Origin: a virus
Strand: one strand, 5' to 3'
Length of the DNA stretch: 64,000 nt
IMG/VR virus record: IMGVR_UViG_3300023548_000002
Location: 9,460-73,459 of that record
Below are positions 61,040 to 64,000 of the stretch, one piece after another; position 1 is the stretch's first letter; every line of letters begins with the position of its first letter. A model generated the notes under the pieces. The model did no database searches, was not told where the DNA came from, and saw only the letters and a program-made list of their open reading frames with translations. Made by a program: the position numbers and the translations under genes.

Positions 61040-62423
61040 TACAACACCAAAATTACCTTTAAAGGAGTTAAAAGGACCAAGAGTAAAAGTTATTTTATCT
61101 AATAAGATAACTGCTCAAATAGCATCATTACATCGTCATATTAAAGAAGTAGAATGGAGTGGATTTATCACTTACAAATTAAAAGATAATATTACTATTG
61201 AAGAAATTATTAAAGATGGCGGAGAAATATTAGTAGATTCCATTTTCCCGTTGAATGTCGGAAGTAGTGCATATACGGACTTTGATACTGATATTACAGG
61301 ATTACCTGAAGCATTACAGAACAAACTCTTAAATGGATATATGAAAGGATATATGCACACACATCATTCTATGGATACATTCTTTTCTGGAACAGATGAG
61401 TCAGAACTACGAACTAATGCACCAGAGACTATAATATACCTAAGTATTATAGTAAACTTTAGAAATGGAGGTAATCCCATTGCTCGATTATGTTTTAATG
61501 GAGAAGAAAATAGTAGTCCAGTAATTAAATTATTTGGTAAAGAAATTACACAAAAACCCAATACAATAAAGTATGTTTATTACTATAACTGTGATGTTGT
61601 TTATGAAGAGGAAGAAGCTATTGTAAAATCTATTAAAGAAATTAGAGAGAAAAATAAACCTGTTCAACCAACATTGTGGGGAGGAAATCCTTATGGAGGT
61701 TACTATAATAATGGTTACAATAGACATCACTCATCGTATGATGCTAATATGATAGGAACTACAAATGGTAGAAAAAACGTATTATCTGAAAGAGAACGAG
61801 ATTCCAAATGGTTCTTTATTGACTTAGATGCTACATTAAAAGGAAAGAAAGTAGCCTTTTCTAAACGTCTATACACTCCTACACCTCATCAAATAAGAGA
61901 AGCGTGGATAGGTATAGTAAACTCATACAATAAATTAAAAGAAGACAAAAAAGAAGAATTATTTTATACTGTACTGGACAAAGTAGATATTGAAATTATT
62001 AAAGATGCAGAGGAGTTCTTAAGCAAAAATTGGTATTATGTCTCTGTATCGCCTGGTATTAATAAGAAAATAAAAGAGATAATGAATGAATTAATAGAAA
62101 TGATGGACGAGCAGAATGCAGATTTAATGGACGAATATTTAGTTGAAGCTCTTGGGTATATCACTAAAAATACAGAAAAAGAAATAGAAGAGTTAATCTC
62201 TGCTCAAACAGATAAAGAAAAGAAAATAGCTATTAATAAAATAAAATTTGAAAACAAAACATCTATTGATTCTGCTTTCACTCACATGATGTTTTCTGAT
62301 GAAGCATACTTAGAAATTCTTGAAGAGTTCTTTGAAGAATATTTAGAACATGCTAACAAAAAGAAAACAAAAGAAATAAGAGAAATATTATATATGATAA
62401 AAACTGAAATTGGAATAATATGA
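60972..62423 (+). CDS. JAB/MPN metalloprotease domain protein
   Basis: EWSG..HTHHSMDTFFSGTD (E..HxH..S..D). Confidence 0.8.
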   Translation: MTLKKITMKTSYINKKSTLVNTNTTPKLPLKELKGPRVKVILSNKITAQIASLHRHIKEVEWSGFITYKLKDNITIEEIIKDGGEILVDSIFPLNVGSSAYTDFDTDITGLPEALQNKLLNGYMKGYMHTHHSMDTFFSGTDESELRTNAPETIIYLSIIVNFRNGGNPIARLCFNGEENSSPVIKLFGKEITQKPNTIKYVYYYNCDVVYEEEEAIVKSIKEIREKNKPVQPTLWGGNPYGGYYNNGYNRHHSSYDANMIGTTNGRKNVLSERERDSKWFFIDLDATLKGKKVAFSKRLYTPTPHQIREAWIGIVNSYNKLKEDKKEELFYTVLDKVDIEIIKDAEEFLSKNWYYVSVSPGINKKIKEIMNELIEMMDEQNADLMDEYLVEALGYITKNTEKEIEELISAQTDKEKKIAINKIKFENKTSIDSAFTHMMFSDEAYLEILEEFFEEYLEHANKKKTKEIREILYMIKTEIGII

Positions 62424-63184
62424 AAAGATATGAACGACAAAAAGGAGCACCATGGCTACAGTCAAATAATACCTACGATATAACTATCATTGGTGCAGGA
62501 ACCATTGGAAGTTGGACAACTTTATCTTTAGTTAAAGCAGTAGATAAGATTGCCAGAATTAGTGTTGTAGATTACGATGTAATTGAAGGGCATAATTCAA
62601 CAGGACAACTTTATCCCGAAGCTTTTGTAGGGCTCTATAAGATATATGCTTTAAATGAAATTATTCAGTTTTTAGCAGAAGGAAGCTCTTTAACTTTGAA
62701 TCATTCAGAAGTAAATGAAGAACTGATAGAAACCTCTTGGGGAGAATTGTTTGACGAAAAAATTCCACATTTTATTATTATCGCTGTAGATAATATGGAA
62801 GTAAGAAACCTTCTTTGGAAGTTTATTTGTGATAGTCAAAAAAAAGGCTTTTCTGTGATAGGAATAGATACTCGATTATCCCCAGAAGTATGTGAAATTC
62901 TTACAAGCAGAACTCATAAAGAATCTCAATATATTTTAGATAACTATATCTATGATAAAAAAGAGCTATCTGAATTACCATGTTCATACAAAAGCACCAC
63001 TTATACAGGGATGTATGCCGCTTCCATGATTACTTCCCAAGTAACTAATATTATTAGTAATATTAATCTCAAAGCTTCATTATATCCTGCACCTTTCAGA
63101 ATATTAATGAACTTTAATACAAATAAGCAAGAATATGAACATTTTAGTGAAAAAGAGAACGCTGCCTCTGTGGTCGCTGGATAG
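62420..63184 (+). CDS. ThiF/E1-like adenylating enzyme
   Basis: RYERQ, IIGAGTIGS, DYDVIEGHN..Q, AVDNMEVR, DTR, LPCSYK. Confidence 0.85.
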   Translation: MKRYERQKGAPWLQSNNTYDITIIGAGTIGSWTTLSLVKAVDKIARISVVDYDVIEGHNSTGQLYPEAFVGLYKIYALNEIIQFLAEGSSLTLNHSEVNEELIETSWGELFDEKIPHFIIIAVDNMEVRNLLWKFICDSQKKGFSVIGIDTRLSPEVCEILTSRTHKESQYILDNYIYDKKELSELPCSYKSTTYTGMYAASMITSQVTNIISNINLKASLYPAPFRILMNFNTNKQEYEHFSEKENAASVVAG

Positions 63185-63869
63185 ATTTCCTTTTGATTTA
63201 ATTAACGTAAGAGATGGTAAATTATATCTTACTACCTATATGGGACTAAAAATAAACTGGAAATTTATTAATAAAATAAATAAACCCTTTCCATTAGAAT
63301 TTATTTTAGCTCTTCTTATTTTAGAGAAAGATTCCCCAGGAATAACAGAAGCTGTTAAAAAACAAATTGATGTTTATAGAGTATTTAATTGGAATTTGAC
63401 TAATGTTTATCTTAATGCAAGCCAATTATTTCTTTCAGATTCTGCTTACTTTTTAGAACAAAAGAGAGCCAGTTTGACTTGGGCACCAATCCTGAGGAAA
63501 ACACCAAAAGATGTTAAAGTAAAATATGCACTTATTAGTAAATTATTAATTGATAAAAACGCTCCAAGTGAAATAGTAGATTTCATTTTGTCTATACCTT
63601 TATCAGAGGCAGCAAATATCTGTGATAGGTGTGGAATGACAGTTCATTCATTTTATGAACCAAAACTATCTCAAGAGACTTTCCAGAAATTAGATAAAGT
63701 TCTGAAGAACGTATCCGCAGAAAATTATTTTGCAAAAACTATTGTTAAAAGTATCTATTCCTATGGGTATGATATAACAGCTTTCCCTAATTTCACGCGG
63801 ATATTATTAGAATTAACAGAAAATGTCTCAGAAGAAGAAGAACTAATACCTTCATCTACAGATGATTAA
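63135..63869 (+). CDS. hypothetical protein
   Basis: 244-aa coupled ORF. Confidence 0.55.
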   Translation: MNILVKKRTLPLWSLDRFPFDLINVRDGKLYLTTYMGLKINWKFINKINKPFPLEFILALLILEKDSPGITEAVKKQIDVYRVFNWNLTNVYLNASQLFLSDSAYFLEQKRASLTWAPILRKTPKDVKVKYALISKLLIDKNAPSEIVDFILSIPLSEAANICDRCGMTVHSFYEPKLSQETFQKLDKVLKNVSAENYFAKTIVKSIYSYGYDITAFPNFTRILLELTENVSEEEELIPSSTDD

Positions 63870-64000
63870 TATAGTTGATGCAGATTCTCTTATTTTTGCA
63901 GCATACTCTTCTGAAACTAAAGATGAAGCAATTACTGCTATTAATAGTAAGATAGATTCCATAGCTTATTACACGCAGTCTAATTCTTTTATTTTCTTTT
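63862..64000 (+). CDS. 5'-3' exonuclease (PIN/FEN-like), truncated by window end
   Basis: MINIVDADSLIFAA start, open to the window edge. Confidence 0.6.
   Translation, partial: MINIVDADSLIFAAYSSETKDEAITAINSKIDSIAYYTQSNSFIFF

Noticed and set aside
1-64000. Stop-codon reassignment as in some crAss-like phages
   Set aside because: Core genes (TerL, portal, MCP, muzzle, PolA) are full length in the standard code and no suppressor tRNA was seen

Overview
About 64 kb of an AT-rich tailed dsDNA phage genome with crAss-like (Crassvirales-type) organisation. The host is probably a Bacteroidota/Flavobacteriia bacterium, judged from TAnnTTTG promoters and A-rich, SD-less start contexts. It uses the standard genetic code. 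Positions 1-36.4 kb (minus strand) hold the virion, lysis and packaging block: cargo proteins, muzzle/tail stabiliser, ring proteins, IHF-like proteins, lysis cassette with a patatin, tail fibres, MCP, scaffold, portal, TerL/TerS and GroEL/GroES. A GC-richer structured divergence region lies at about 36.4-37.6 kb. Positions 37-51 kb (plus strand) are an early accessory region. It holds six paralogous 23-aa Trp-repeat genes with hypervariable positions, a tRNA-minihelix element and an array of small ORFs bounded by attC-like TAAC/GTTA inverted repeats. Positions 51.5-64 kb hold the replication block (PolA, SF2 helicase, DnaB, AAA ATPase, SSB-like, primase, RusA-like) and a contiguous Ubl-E2-JAB-E1 ubiquitin-like operon. 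All product calls come from motif reading and synteny; no database search was run.
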